This document shows positions 33,578 to 42,842 of a stretch of 64,000 bases of DNA, in pieces. Under the pieces are notes generated by a model that worked only from the letters and a program-made list of their open reading frames with translations, was not told the origin of the DNA and made no database searches. The position numbers and the translations under genes were made by a program. Source of the DNA: a virus. Position 1 is the stretch's first letter; every line of letters begins with the position of its first letter. The stretch lies in the IMG/VR virus record IMGVR_UViG_3300042398_001385, positions 89,315-153,314 of that record; one strand, given 5' to 3'.

Positions 33578-34363
33578 TCAGATTAAATTCTTTAGCATAG
33601 GTTTTTCAGAAGCCCATGCGTGTAGTGAAGTTATGTGCATTGTTAGCATTCCAGGCTTAACGTCTTTCCAATTTTCTGGGTCTATTTCTTTTAATCTTTC
33701 TATAAGCCAAAATACCTTTCTAGCACATAAATAGATATCATCCCTGAAGTGTCTAAAGAAGTCACATGATCTAATATAATAAACTACATGAACCCATTCT
33801 GCTCTTCTTATGAAATGATATCCTATTGTACAAGGAACTCTTTCTCCGTGAGCAGATCCAGTATCCTCTGGAAACCAAATAGGTAAAAATGCCTGTCTAG
33901 TAAAAGGCTCTCTAGCCATTAAAGAAACAACGTCATTGAAATCTCCATAGTCATATCTTATACCGGACATCTTACTATTAGGTATTTCTGATGCAAATTT
34001 AGGCCAGATTCTTTCTGGATATGTATGAGAGAATTTTTCATTACCGCCAAACTCTTCATTATTCTTTTGAGCATAAGGCCAACGAACATGGGAAGGAGGT
34101 GGATTTAGGGGTAAACCACTTACTCTTTCTTCAAAGTGTTCGTCAGCCCATGCAAAATTTGGTTTTATCTGATCCCCTATAACTTTTAAATCTGTATCCA
34201 TCTGACAAGAGAAGGATAAATTTAGTGTCTCTATCATAGCATATCTAGGATCATGTTTAATCTCTTTTCCTTGCCACCTTTCTGTGTGGACAATATAAGA
34301 ATAATCATACATTTGTTCAGCGGTCCATCTAATGACATCACTGAATCTCCCAAATTTTTTCAT
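33578..34363 (-). CDS. Thymidylate-synthase-fold enzyme, dCMP hydroxymethylase/methylase-like
   Basis: TRQA, PCT, RSCDFFRHFRDD (Asp at the TS Asn177 position), SLH. Confidence 0.72.
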   Translation of the reverse strand: MKKFGRFSDVIRWTAEQMYDYSYIVHTERWQGKEIKHDPRYAMIETLNLSFSCQMDTDLKVIGDQIKPNFAWADEHFEERVSGLPLNPPPSHVRWPYAQKNNEEFGGNEKFSHTYPERIWPKFASEIPNSKMSGIRYDYGDFNDVVSLMAREPFTRQAFLPIWFPEDTGSAHGERVPCTIGYHFIRRAEWVHVVYYIRSCDFFRHFRDDIYLCARKVFWLIERLKEIDPENWKDVKPGMLTMHITSLHAWASEKPMLKNLI

Positions 34364-34407
34364 TTATGCTATTTTCTTTATTATATGATAGTTTTTATAA
34401 AGGTTTC

Positions 34408-35475
34408 TTATTTATGAAATCTATCGAAAGAATTTTTAGATATTTTATTGAACCGTACTTTGCCAATAAATTCTCCTATTGTTAAACAGTCGGTATAACT
34501 CATTGCAGACCTTAGATAATCATTAAAATTTTCACACCATCCAGATAGTGTATATTCAACCTGTTGCATTTTAGATATTCCCTCGGATGTTTTAATCTCC
34601 CCCCTTCCTAAACTTTTTTGAGCCTCTTTAGTAGACATTCCTCTAAACTTTTTAAAGAATTTTCTTCCAGCTTCAAATTGTAAAAGTACATCTATTGAAT
34701 ATTGATCTACCTTATCTCCTGGCTCTGTCCAAGAATCGTATTTTTTATTTCCTTCGAATGTTTCACCGCAGCTTTCTAAAGCTTTATTAAAGATACTTCC
34801 TAGCATCACATAATCAGCTCCTAAACCTAATGCTTTTATAACGTCAGCATATTTTTTAAATCCTCCATCAGCAACGATTTTAGTTGAAAGATTTCTTTCT
34901 TTTTGTATTTTAGCAGTATCATGTATTAGAGAAGCCATTGGATATCCAACACCTGTTTGCACAGTGGTTAAACATCCAGCACCGTTACCTATACCCATTC
35001 TAACATAGTCTGCACCAGCATTTGATAAGGAAAGAAAGGTATGGGGGTTAGCACAATTACCAACCATGATAACAAGAGAAGGCCCGTATATTTTTTTTGA
35101 CTCCTGTACTAGTTCCTTAACTATTTCCATGTGTCCATTGGCTATGTCTATTAAGGCGTACATTCTTTTTCCTAAAGGAATACTTATATTATTTTCTATA
35201 AATACTCTCCTAAAGTCATCTAATCCGTATGAATACCATACTTTGTAATCAGTAGAAAAATAGTCTAATGGGTAATTTACAGGAAGTCTTGGTATTATTC
35301 CGTATATCTTATTATCATTGAATATTGTAAAATTGTTTTTGTCTATTACTGTATCCATAGGAGCAGTAAAAATCGGGAGCATTTGTTTTTCGTCGAAGGG
35401 ATCTACTTTTTTTCTAGATCTAATACTAGTATGGATTTCCGGCTCTATAAGAATATCATCAAAATCGAATAACAT
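34408..35475 (-). CDS. GMP reductase / IMP dehydrogenase family protein
   Basis: APMDTV, IDIANGH, GIGNGAGCLT, ADGG, VMLGS, FRGMST. Confidence 0.88.
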   Translation of the reverse strand: MLFDFDDILIEPEIHTSIRSRKKVDPFDEKQMLPIFTAPMDTVIDKNNFTIFNDNKIYGIIPRLPVNYPLDYFSTDYKVWYSYGLDDFRRVFIENNISIPLGKRMYALIDIANGHMEIVKELVQESKKIYGPSLVIMVGNCANPHTFLSLSNAGADYVRMGIGNGAGCLTTVQTGVGYPMASLIHDTAKIQKERNLSTKIVADGGFKKYADVIKALGLGADYVMLGSIFNKALESCGETFEGNKKYDSWTEPGDKVDQYSIDVLLQFEAGRKFFKKFRGMSTKEAQKSLGRGEIKTSEGISKMQQVEYTLSGWCENFNDYLRSAMSYTDCLTIGEFIGKVRFNKISKNSFDRFHK

Positions 35476-35524
35476 GTTTTTATTTTTTATAGAGTATAAT
35501 ACTATAAAAATTTCCTAATAAAAC

Positions 35525-35551
35525 AAAAAAGTCCGGATTAAACCGGACTTC
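35525..35551 (-). terminator. Intrinsic terminator
   Basis: AAGTCCGG/CCGGACTT stem plus U-tract. Confidence 0.85.
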
Positions 35552-35569
35552 CTAAAAACATATTTTTTA

Positions 35570-37018
35570 TTAATTTAATCCGAATCCACTGAATCCACCG
35601 AATCCTGAAGGACCACCGAATCCTGAAGGACCATTTGATCCTCCTTGATCTGTATCAGAAGATCCCTCTTGTGAACCTCCGTACTTATCCTTCCAGTCTT
35701 GGTATTCTCTCTCAGCATCCATATCGTCTAGACATTGGTTAATAATAACATCAACCTCTCTTCTATCCATATTTTTACCTATCTCAGAAATAGGCTTTAA
35801 CCTGTTTCCTGTAGGATCAAAAGCTTGAGCAAGTATAGAATTTGTTATCTCTAAGCATTTTTTAGCTGGAGTAATTTTAGCTAACTTTCCGTAAAACAAC
35901 CAATGTAGCTGTTCCATAAAAGCAGCAGCTCCTTCGTAATCCTCGTTATTATTAAGATCTTTTAATATAGCTTCTGCTCTAGAGTTACTATTTATAACAA
36001 GTCCAAATACTCTTTGTAGAGTCTTTCCGATAGCTTGTTCTTCGATTTCGTCAAACATAGTTTCAGTGTTAGCTTTAACTATGTCTGCAGCCTCTAAACC
36101 TAATGTATCTCCTACCTGCATAAGAAGAGTTTGTGTTATTAACTTATAAACTCCCTTAACTGATTCGTGGATTAATAAACCAAAATCCAATGCTCTAGCT
36201 ATAACTGTTGACTGAGTTCCCTCTAAAGCTTGAGCCATATCAGGATTTATCTCGCCATCTTTCTGTATATCGTCTAATAGATCCTCAGGATTTATTTCTT
36301 CATCTTCCTCTTTTTTCTTAGGTTTTTCGATATCTATGTCACATGCTCCTGGAGGTGCATCTCTAAACATTGAAGATTTCTGAGCTGGTGTTAGAGTTAA
36401 GTCGTAATAGTGAGCTCCTGCTGCTATTTTATTTGCGAGTCTTCTGTATTCCTCACCCTCATTTTCCCCTAATATTTGTTTTAATCTTTTAGAAACCATT
36501 GGCAAGTTTATGATCTCCTTTACATTTAATCCCTTTCCTTGTTGTACGGTTCTTATTATTTTTCTTCTGTTTATTTCATCTATGATTTCTTGATCCTCTA
36601 ATTCTACAACGTTAGGAAGTCCACAATTTTTACATTCCTTCATTTTATCTTTTAGAGATTGATCCGGTCTAGTAACTATTTTAAGATCCAATATTACATC
36701 ATCTAGAAAAGTACCATATACTTGTCTTATAACTTCAACAGCCAAATCTGAAAGTTCTTGTTCGTGACCTCTCTGCATTCTTTGAGCCTGCATAGCATTA
36801 CCCATTAGATTACTAATGTCCTGTGGAATTTCTGCTCTCATTCTTTGAGCTTCCTCTTGGTTAGCTGTAAGTATTGCGTCTATAAAGTTTCCTTCTCCTC
36901 CGAGAGTATTGTATATGTCCTGGTTTTTATTATTAGCAGGAGTTTCTCCAGGAAATCCTGTATTTCCTCTAAGAGTAGCCTCAGATAGGAAATGGTCGAA
37001 TTTAGATATATTTTTCAT
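35570..37018 (-). CDS. Hypothetical protein with shared N-terminal motif and Gly-rich GPSGFG tail
   Basis: MKNISKFDHFLSE; LIHE motif. Confidence 0.7.
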   Translation of the reverse strand: MKNISKFDHFLSEATLRGNTGFPGETPANNKNQDIYNTLGGEGNFIDAILTANQEEAQRMRAEIPQDISNLMGNAMQAQRMQRGHEQELSDLAVEVIRQVYGTFLDDVILDLKIVTRPDQSLKDKMKECKNCGLPNVVELEDQEIIDEINRRKIIRTVQQGKGLNVKEIINLPMVSKRLKQILGENEGEEYRRLANKIAAGAHYYDLTLTPAQKSSMFRDAPPGACDIDIEKPKKKEEDEEINPEDLLDDIQKDGEINPDMAQALEGTQSTVIARALDFGLLIHESVKGVYKLITQTLLMQVGDTLGLEAADIVKANTETMFDEIEEQAIGKTLQRVFGLVINSNSRAEAILKDLNNNEDYEGAAAFMEQLHWLFYGKLAKITPAKKCLEITNSILAQAFDPTGNRLKPISEIGKNMDRREVDVIINQCLDDMDAEREYQDWKDKYGGSQEGSSDTDQGGSNGPSGFGGPSGFGGFSGFGLN

Positions 37019-37317
37019 TATGCCATCGGTAAATTTTTAAGCTTTCTTAGCCTACTTATAATGCCCATTGCTAGTTTAGTACCTCTTTCTTGAGATAGGG
37101 AATTTTTTATATTTCCCATAGCATCACCAAAAGCTCTAGCTATCGGTCTTTCCGTTTCCTCTGGATTAGGCTCTCTGTCCGGAACAGGTCTACCTGGTCT
37201 TGCAGGAGCTGGCGGAGTTTCAGGCCTAGTAGGTGTAGGTACCGTAGTAGGTGCAGGCTTTGTTGAAGGCTGAGTCATAACGAACTCATATAACTTAGTT
37301 ATTATCTTTCTACCCAT
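37018..37317 (-). CDS. Pro/Thr-rich small protein
   Basis: ORF; palindromic GATATATATC at 37337-37346. Confidence 0.65.
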   Translation of the reverse strand: MGRKIITKLYEFVMTQPSTKPAPTTVPTPTRPETPPAPARPGRPVPDREPNPEETERPIARAFGDAMGNIKNSLSQERGTKLAMGIISRLRKLKNLPMA

Positions 37318-37362
37318 TTTTTGTGTATTTATTTTAGATATATATCTTACTAAAAGAAAAAA

Positions 37363-39024
37363 ATGATAAAGACATTCGACGGGTATTTTGATATCAATGA
37401 AGACGTTGCAACTGCTAAGGTGTGGTTATTAAAGAATGCAGCAAAAAATAGTAAAAGATCCCGATCTGGTGAAAAGGTAACATTTACACCAGAAGAGGAA
37501 AAGAAAATATTAAACGATCCCAGATATACAGAAATTAGAGACTATCTAATAAAAATAAATAAGCCGGGATTGGTATATCCATTTACTTATTTTATTATAG
37601 AAGAGAAACTACCCAGATTCAATCAGAAAGATTCGGAAGGAAATTATGATAAAAGAGCATTTACTGTAGAGAATCTATTGGATCTATATTTACAAGCAGC
37701 ATCAAATTTTTCTATATTTCCTTTACCTCTAGGAAGCATTAGTAATTATATAAAAGAGAAGGAACTAAAAAAATCTAATACCCCTGCTTACGAGGTTCTT
37801 TTTTCTGATCTGGAAAATATTCTTTCAATGAAAGGATTAAAAGGATTTGTAGATAAAATACAATCCAAAGACGTTAGAGATGAATTTAAAAGAGCTGTAC
37901 AATTAGGTGATAAGGATCCGGAGATGAAAGCATTATTAGACACCTTATATGATTCTTACAAAGCTTTTAAAAACTTGGCACCTAAGGTAGATATGCTAGG
38001 GGTTTCTCACACTCCCGAATCTGGAATACTTAAAGGATCTAAAAAATATTTAGATGAATACAATCTTCACAAATTTCAAAACCCACAAGAAAGATTTGCT
38101 ATGTTTGTGGATGATTGTAGAAAAAAAGTCGAGGGATGGGATACAGGTATAGAGGATTTTCTTATAGAGATAGAAAATATATCTCCTTCAATAAAGCTAT
38201 TATACAGTGATCCTTTTTCGAAAGTTGTTGTGACATCCTCAAGATCAGCAAAAGGAATGGAGGAAGTATGTAAGATCTCTAATGCAGATTTATGTATATT
38301 GAGCCCAGCAAACTTCTGGTCGATAACAGGGGGACATTTACAAATATCCATTAACATGATGGATCTTTCAAAAATGGATCTTAAATACCTAACTACATTT
38401 ACAGTTGCTCCTAGTGGAAGGATAAAAGAAGCTAGAACAAGGGTTAATATGTCAGCGCCACAGCCTTGTAAGCCAGGAGAAGACTATAGAGATTTTATAC
38501 CTAGATATTTACCAGAAATAAATTACGAGGAAGTAGTAAAATCAATAGAAAGAAATTTCTCTACTGAGTTAACAATTAAAAAATTAGTACAAATACTAGA
38601 ACAAAAATCTAATAATGAAAGAAGATCTTTTGTTTTATTATTAGGTAGTATGGAAGTACAAAGATCTATAGAAAATGGAGATTACACCAAAAAAGAGATG
38701 CTAGATTACAAGGAACTTATAATAGAAATAATTACAAGAGATAATAAAATAACATATGAAAGTATAGTTGATGATTTTAAATCTGCAGGTGGATTATTTA
38801 TGGCTATGTCCGATATAGATCTTTTTAAGTCTATTACACAAGGAGAATATAAAAAATCTGACGTATTAGATATAATAAATCTTACAAAAGAGGGAATAGA
38901 GCACCTTAAGGATTTTTTAGAACAACTGGAAACATCAGGAGATCCTAATGTTATTAGACTTGCTAAACATTTATTAGATACAAATCCTCAAGTAATTGAA
39001 TACGCAGAAAGAATACTACTATAA
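37363..39024 (+). CDS. Hypothetical protein, paralogue of 39040-40683
   Basis: Shared FTPEEEKKILN, KPGLVYPFTYF, VCKISNA. Confidence 0.75.
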   Translation: MIKTFDGYFDINEDVATAKVWLLKNAAKNSKRSRSGEKVTFTPEEEKKILNDPRYTEIRDYLIKINKPGLVYPFTYFIIEEKLPRFNQKDSEGNYDKRAFTVENLLDLYLQAASNFSIFPLPLGSISNYIKEKELKKSNTPAYEVLFSDLENILSMKGLKGFVDKIQSKDVRDEFKRAVQLGDKDPEMKALLDTLYDSYKAFKNLAPKVDMLGVSHTPESGILKGSKKYLDEYNLHKFQNPQERFAMFVDDCRKKVEGWDTGIEDFLIEIENISPSIKLLYSDPFSKVVVTSSRSAKGMEEVCKISNADLCILSPANFWSITGGHLQISINMMDLSKMDLKYLTTFTVAPSGRIKEARTRVNMSAPQPCKPGEDYRDFIPRYLPEINYEEVVKSIERNFSTELTIKKLVQILEQKSNNERRSFVLLLGSMEVQRSIENGDYTKKEMLDYKELIIEIITRDNKITYESIVDDFKSAGGLFMAMSDIDLFKSITQGEYKKSDVLDIINLTKEGIEHLKDFLEQLETSGDPNVIRLAKHLLDTNPQVIEYAERILL

Positions 39025-39039
39025 AAAAATAAATATCTT

Positions 39040-40683
39040 ATGAATAGAAATTTAAAATCGTTTAACCAATTCTCTCCAGTTAATGAAAGCGTAGCTCCAG
39101 CTAAAGCATGGTTACTAAAAACAGCAGCAGAAGAGAAAAGAAGAAGATTTAAATTAGATCCGATGGAGAAAATTGAGTTTACTCCAGAGGAAGAGAAAAA
39201 AATATTAAATAATCCTAATTATGTAGAGGTTAGGGATTATTTCTTAAATACGGTTAAGAAGCCAGGTTTGGTTTATCCATTTACTTATTTTAGAATAGCA
39301 GAGAGATTACCTATGAGTGATCCTGATCCTAATGCTTTTTCCGTGGAAAATCTTTATAGAAAATATGAAGAAAACTCTCCAATGTTTTCAACCTTTCCAC
39401 TTCCTTTAGGAAATATCGATAGCTACATAAAAAGAACACCCGAGGGAGAAAGATCTTTCGAAAAATTATGGGATGATTTAGAAAATATTACATCACAAAA
39501 ACCTATAAAAGAATTCGTAGATAGATTCGTAGGTCCAATAAGAAGAGAATTTTCAGAATCTCTAAGATTAAAAGAAACAGATCCTGAAAGAGCTAGTCTT
39601 TTAGATAGACTATATCACGCGGTAACTGACCTGAAACAGCTAAAACCTCTAGTTGATGAGGAAACTAATAAAGAGGAAACTGCAGAGGATCAGTTAGTTG
39701 CTAATGGTAGTAAATATAAAGACACAAGAACATATCCAGAATTCTCAGATACTTATGTTGCTTTCAAGGAATTTGTTTTAGATTGTGAAGATAAAGTTTC
39801 GGGATGGGGATCAGGTATAACAGAATTTATAGAACTTTTAAGATCTATAGCGCCATCTATAAAAATACTATATTATAATATTGCTAAAAAAATAGTGGTA
39901 ACTTCAGCTAGATCAGCTGAAGGGATGAGAGCTGTTTGTAAAATATCAAATGCTCCATATTGTATAAGAACGGATTCAACTTTTTGGCAATATACATCAG
40001 GAAGACTACAGTTATCAATAAATCTATTAGGACTTCCTAAAACTGATGATAAATATCTAACTTCTCTTACTGTAGATCCTAACGGAAGAATTACAAGTTC
40101 TGCTAATAGAAGAAACCACTCAGTTACTAATAGAGGCTCTCAGAACTACTTAGAGCTTATGAAAGAATATGGCATCTATTCACCAGAAATAGAGGAAGCT
40201 ATAACTAAAAATTTCGATACAGAGTTAGTAATTAAAAAAATTATACAATCAATATCTCAGAAATCTGGGGGAAGCAACATAGCGTTAATACATGCACTAG
40301 GAAGTTTAGGAGTTCAAAGAGCTATAGAGGAAGGGGAATACTCTAGAGAGGAAATGGATACATTTAAAAATCTTGTAGTAACCATAATCAGAAAAGATAA
40401 CTCTATAAAATATCCAGAGGTTGTTAGCGCTTTTAATTCAGAAAAAAATGGAGGATTCTTTAGTTTAGAAGACATAGATCTATTTAAAGAACTTACTGAA
40501 GGAAAGTATGACAAAAATGATGTTATAAATATATTAAAACTAACAACGGAAGGTGTAGAAATGCTAGGATCTTTTCTAGAACAAACAAAAGATTCAGAGG
40601 ATGTTAACACAATTAAACTTGTTAAACATTTAGTTGATACTCACCCTTCAGTTATGGAATATGCTGAATCAGTTCTTCTTTAA
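39040..40683 (+). CDS. Hypothetical protein, paralogue of 37363-39024
   Basis: Same motifs; MNRNLKSFNQFSPVNE. Confidence 0.75.
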   Translation: MNRNLKSFNQFSPVNESVAPAKAWLLKTAAEEKRRRFKLDPMEKIEFTPEEEKKILNNPNYVEVRDYFLNTVKKPGLVYPFTYFRIAERLPMSDPDPNAFSVENLYRKYEENSPMFSTFPLPLGNIDSYIKRTPEGERSFEKLWDDLENITSQKPIKEFVDRFVGPIRREFSESLRLKETDPERASLLDRLYHAVTDLKQLKPLVDEETNKEETAEDQLVANGSKYKDTRTYPEFSDTYVAFKEFVLDCEDKVSGWGSGITEFIELLRSIAPSIKILYYNIAKKIVVTSARSAEGMRAVCKISNAPYCIRTDSTFWQYTSGRLQLSINLLGLPKTDDKYLTSLTVDPNGRITSSANRRNHSVTNRGSQNYLELMKEYGIYSPEIEEAITKNFDTELVIKKIIQSISQKSGGSNIALIHALGSLGVQRAIEEGEYSREEMDTFKNLVVTIIRKDNSIKYPEVVSAFNSEKNGGFFSLEDIDLFKELTEGKYDKNDVINILKLTTEGVEMLGSFLEQTKDSEDVNTIKLVKHLVDTHPSVMEYAESVLL

Positions 40684-40686
40684 TCT

Positions 40687-41175
40687 CTAATCAGGTAGAT
40701 AAGCAGTCCAGATATCCATTCCTTTAGAGAAATTCCTAATGAAATACCCATAACCAGGTTTAAATGGTTTGTGTCTCATTTTCATACCAGCTTCCTCTGG
40801 TGTTCTGTCGCCTTTTTTACTATTACATTTAGAACAACAGGTAGCTAGATTTTCCCATGTATTAATACCGCCTCTAGATTTAGGTCTAACATGATCTATA
40901 GTAAGTTGCTTCGTAGAATCGCAGTATAAGCACTTTAATTCGTCTCTCTTAAATATGTTCTCCCTAGTGGGTTTTAGCTTTTTAAATGGAAGAACAACGT
41001 ACTTTAAAAGCCTTATAACTGAGGGCCTTTTGTAAATTTTTTGATCTGTTACTATCGGATTTTCTTCATCGTGCTCTAAAACTTCAGCTTTACCTTTGTA
41101 TACAAGCTTAAATCCCCGGGCAAAATCGGTAACGCTTACAGGCGTAAAGTCATTATTTAATACTAGCACTTTCAT
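40687..41175 (-). CDS. HNH endonuclease; start corrected to 41175
   Basis: MKVLVLN, RDELKCLYC, TIDHVRPKSRGG, CNSKKG. Confidence 0.88.
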   Translation of the reverse strand: MKVLVLNNDFTPVSVTDFARGFKLVYKGKAEVLEHDEENPIVTDQKIYKRPSVIRLLKYVVLPFKKLKPTRENIFKRDELKCLYCDSTKQLTIDHVRPKSRGGINTWENLATCCSKCNSKKGDRTPEEAGMKMRHKPFKPGYGYFIRNFSKGMDIWTAYLPD

Positions 41176-41217
41176 AATCTTAAATTTTACATACTGGACA
41201 TTGTATTTATCTTTTTG

Positions 41218-41289
41218 TTTTCCCCCAAGGGTTCGAACCTCGATTCTGTGGACCAAAACCACATGTCCTGCCAATTAGACGAGAGGAAA
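41218..41289 (-). tRNA. tRNA-Gln(TTG)
   Basis: Cloverleaf; loop TTTTGGT. Confidence 0.9.
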
Positions 41290-41294
41290 ATATG

Positions 41295-41367
41295 AGCTTT
41301 TGACGGGGATCGAACCTGCGACACCTTCATTACAAGTGAAGTGCTCTACCAACTGAGCTACAAAAGC
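41295..41367 (-). tRNA. tRNA-Thr(TGT)
   Basis: Loop CTTGTAA. Confidence 0.92.
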
Positions 41368-41368
41368 A

Positions 41369-41445
41369 TGGGGTGACAGAGGGGAATCGAACCCCCGACC
41401 TTCTGAACCACAATCAGACGCTCTAACCAACTGAGCTACCGTCAC
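41369..41445 (-). tRNA. tRNA-His(GTG), CCA encoded, G-1 not encoded
   Basis: Loop TTGTGGT; C73. Confidence 0.92.
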
Positions 41446-41447
41446 AG

Positions 41448-41520
41448 TAGCGAGTGGCAGGTTCGAACTGCCGACCTTTGGGGTATGATTCCAACGCTCT
41501 ACCAACTGAGCTAACTCGCC
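41448..41520 (-). tRNA. tRNA-Met(CAT), elongator type
   Basis: Loop ATCATAC; GGCGAGT acceptor. Confidence 0.8.
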
Positions 41521-41527
41521 ATATAAG

Positions 41528-41600
41528 TGGAGTAGATGGGACTTGAACCCACATCCTCTTCCTTGCAAAGGAAGCGCTCAGCCAATTGAGCTACTACCCC
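41528..41600 (-). tRNA. tRNA-Ala(TGC)
   Basis: Loop TTTGCAA; G3:U70. Confidence 0.92.
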
Positions 41601-41601
41601 G

Positions 41602-41677
41602 TGGAGCGATAGACAGGATTCGAACCTGCGACCCCCGACTTGGAAGGACGGTGCTCTACCAACTGAGCTACTATCGC
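41602..41677 (-). tRNA. tRNA-Gly(TCC)
   Basis: Loop CTTCCAA; CCA encoded. Confidence 0.92.
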
Positions 41678-41753
41678 ATTTAGAGACGTGTGGAATTACG
41701 CATCCACTTCAACCGTCGGACTGTCCGTCTCTATATCTTACAGATACACTGTG

Positions 41754-41835
41754 TCGGAGCGGAGGGATTCGAACCCCCAATGCCGTAAGGCGGCTGATTT
41801 ACAGTCAGCTGAGCAGCCAATTGCTCAACACTCCG
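41754..41835 (-). tRNA. tRNA-Tyr(GTA) with C1:G72 and long variable arm
   Basis: Loop CTGTAAA; acceptor CGGAGTG/CGCTCCG-A. Confidence 0.88.
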
Positions 41836-41840
41836 AATTG

Positions 41841-41912
41841 CGGGGAAGGCTGGATTCGAACCAGCGACCTATCGATTAACAGTCGAGAGCTCTACCGCTG
41901 AGCTACATCCCC
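41841..41912 (-). tRNA. tRNA-Asn(GTT)
   Basis: Loop CTGTTAA. Confidence 0.9.
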
Positions 41913-41917
41913 AGTTT

Positions 41918-41999
41918 AGATTAGAGAATATTTGAGCGAGGTGTTTTTTGGTCAAATTTAAAAGTTCTGAGAAGTAACCCCATTCACCGCTTCTAATCT
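41918..41999 (-). ncRNA. GAAGCGG/TACTTC/TTCTC-family ncRNA (candidate Y-like RNA), copy inside tRNA operon 1
   Basis: Closing stem AGATTAGA/TCTAATCT; same motifs as the three copies beside the Ro60 gene. Confidence 0.7.
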
Positions 42000-42001
42000 T
42001 G

Positions 42002-42074
42002 TAGTCCCTGAGGGATTCGAACCCCCGACATTTTGGATGTAAACCAAACGCTCTACCAACTGAGCTAAGAGACT
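42002..42074 (-). tRNA. tRNA-Val(TAC)
   Basis: Loop TTTACAT. Confidence 0.9.
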
Positions 42075-42079
42075 AAATG

Positions 42080-42156
42080 TGGTTGACATAGAAGGATTCG
42101 AACCTTCGGCCTTTGACGTATCAGATCAACGCTCTAACCAACTGAGCTATATGTCA
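42080..42156 (-). tRNA. tRNA-Ile(GAT)
   Basis: Loop CTGATAC; CCA encoded. Confidence 0.9.
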
Positions 42157-42162
42157 ATGTTG

Positions 42163-42248
42163 CGGAAAGAATTGGAATCGAACCAAATACCAATTAAGGT
42201 ACGCTTCGCTTAGCAGGCGAGCCCCGTCACCATCTGAGATTACTTTCC
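42163..42248 (-). tRNA. tRNA-Ser(GCT)
   Basis: Loop CTGCTAA; long variable arm; G73. Confidence 0.88.
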
Positions 42249-42377
42249 TTTTTTTAATATTCTCTTTATTCTTTTGAGAATTTTTTTACCAGTTGTGAAA
42301 TTAATCACATCAATTCTTAGGTTTTCCCTACTTGAAGCAAAGCTTCCACTAATTACTACTTTTTCTTTTTTATTCAT
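42240..42377 (-). CDS. 45-aa basic peptide inside the tRNA operon (MNKKEKVVISG...KRILKKGK)
   Basis: Open frame filling the Cys-Ser spacer. Confidence 0.4.
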   Translation of the reverse strand: MNKKEKVVISGSFASSRENLRIDVINFTTGKKILKRIKRILKKGK

Positions 42378-42393
42378 AGGCACAATTTATTTG

Positions 42394-42464
42394 AGATCGC
42401 GACTGGAATTGAACCAGTATAGCCGGTTTTGCAGACCGTTTCCTAACCACTCGGACACGCGATC
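42394..42464 (-). tRNA. tRNA-Cys(GCA)
   Basis: Loop CTGCAAA; U73. Confidence 0.9.
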
Positions 42465-42475
42465 TTGTTTTTTAG

Positions 42476-42548
42476 AGGTTCCACCTGGATTCGAACCAGG
42501 ATCAGATCATCCGTAGTGATCCATTCTAATCCGTTGAACTATAGAACC
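42476..42548 (-). tRNA. tRNA-Arg(ACG)
   Basis: Loop CTACGGA. Confidence 0.88.
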
Positions 42549-42554
42549 TTTTTG

Positions 42555-42627
42555 CACGCCCTGTAGGAATCGAACCTACAACCTTTGGTTTTGGAGACCA
42601 ACGCTCTACCAATTGAGCTAAAGACGC
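42555..42627 (-). tRNA. tRNA-Trp(CCA)
   Basis: Loop CTCCAAA; G73. Confidence 0.9.
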
Positions 42628-42631
42628 ATTT

Positions 42632-42766
42632 AAGGAAAGATGAAGATGGTTGCGTGGACATCATCTTTTACGATTGGCTTTACTTAGGTGTATATCTCCC
42701 AACTCCGATGATCCCAGCCGATATACACTCTCATGCTATTGGAATCATCCTTCCCCAATCAACCTT
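42632..42766 (-). ncRNA. Unidentified structured RNA within tRNA operon 1
   Basis: Stems GATTGG/CCAATC, GTGTATATC/GATATACAC, AAGATG/CATCTT; closing AAGG/CCTT. Confidence 0.5.
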
Positions 42767-42768
42767 TG

Positions 42769-42842
42769 TGATCCCGCCGGGACTCGAACCCGGGACTCCC
42801 TCATTAAAAGTGAGGTGCTCTAGCCAACTGAGCTACGAGATC
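42769..42842 (-). tRNA. tRNA-Lys(TTT)
   Basis: Loop CTTTTAA. Confidence 0.92.
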
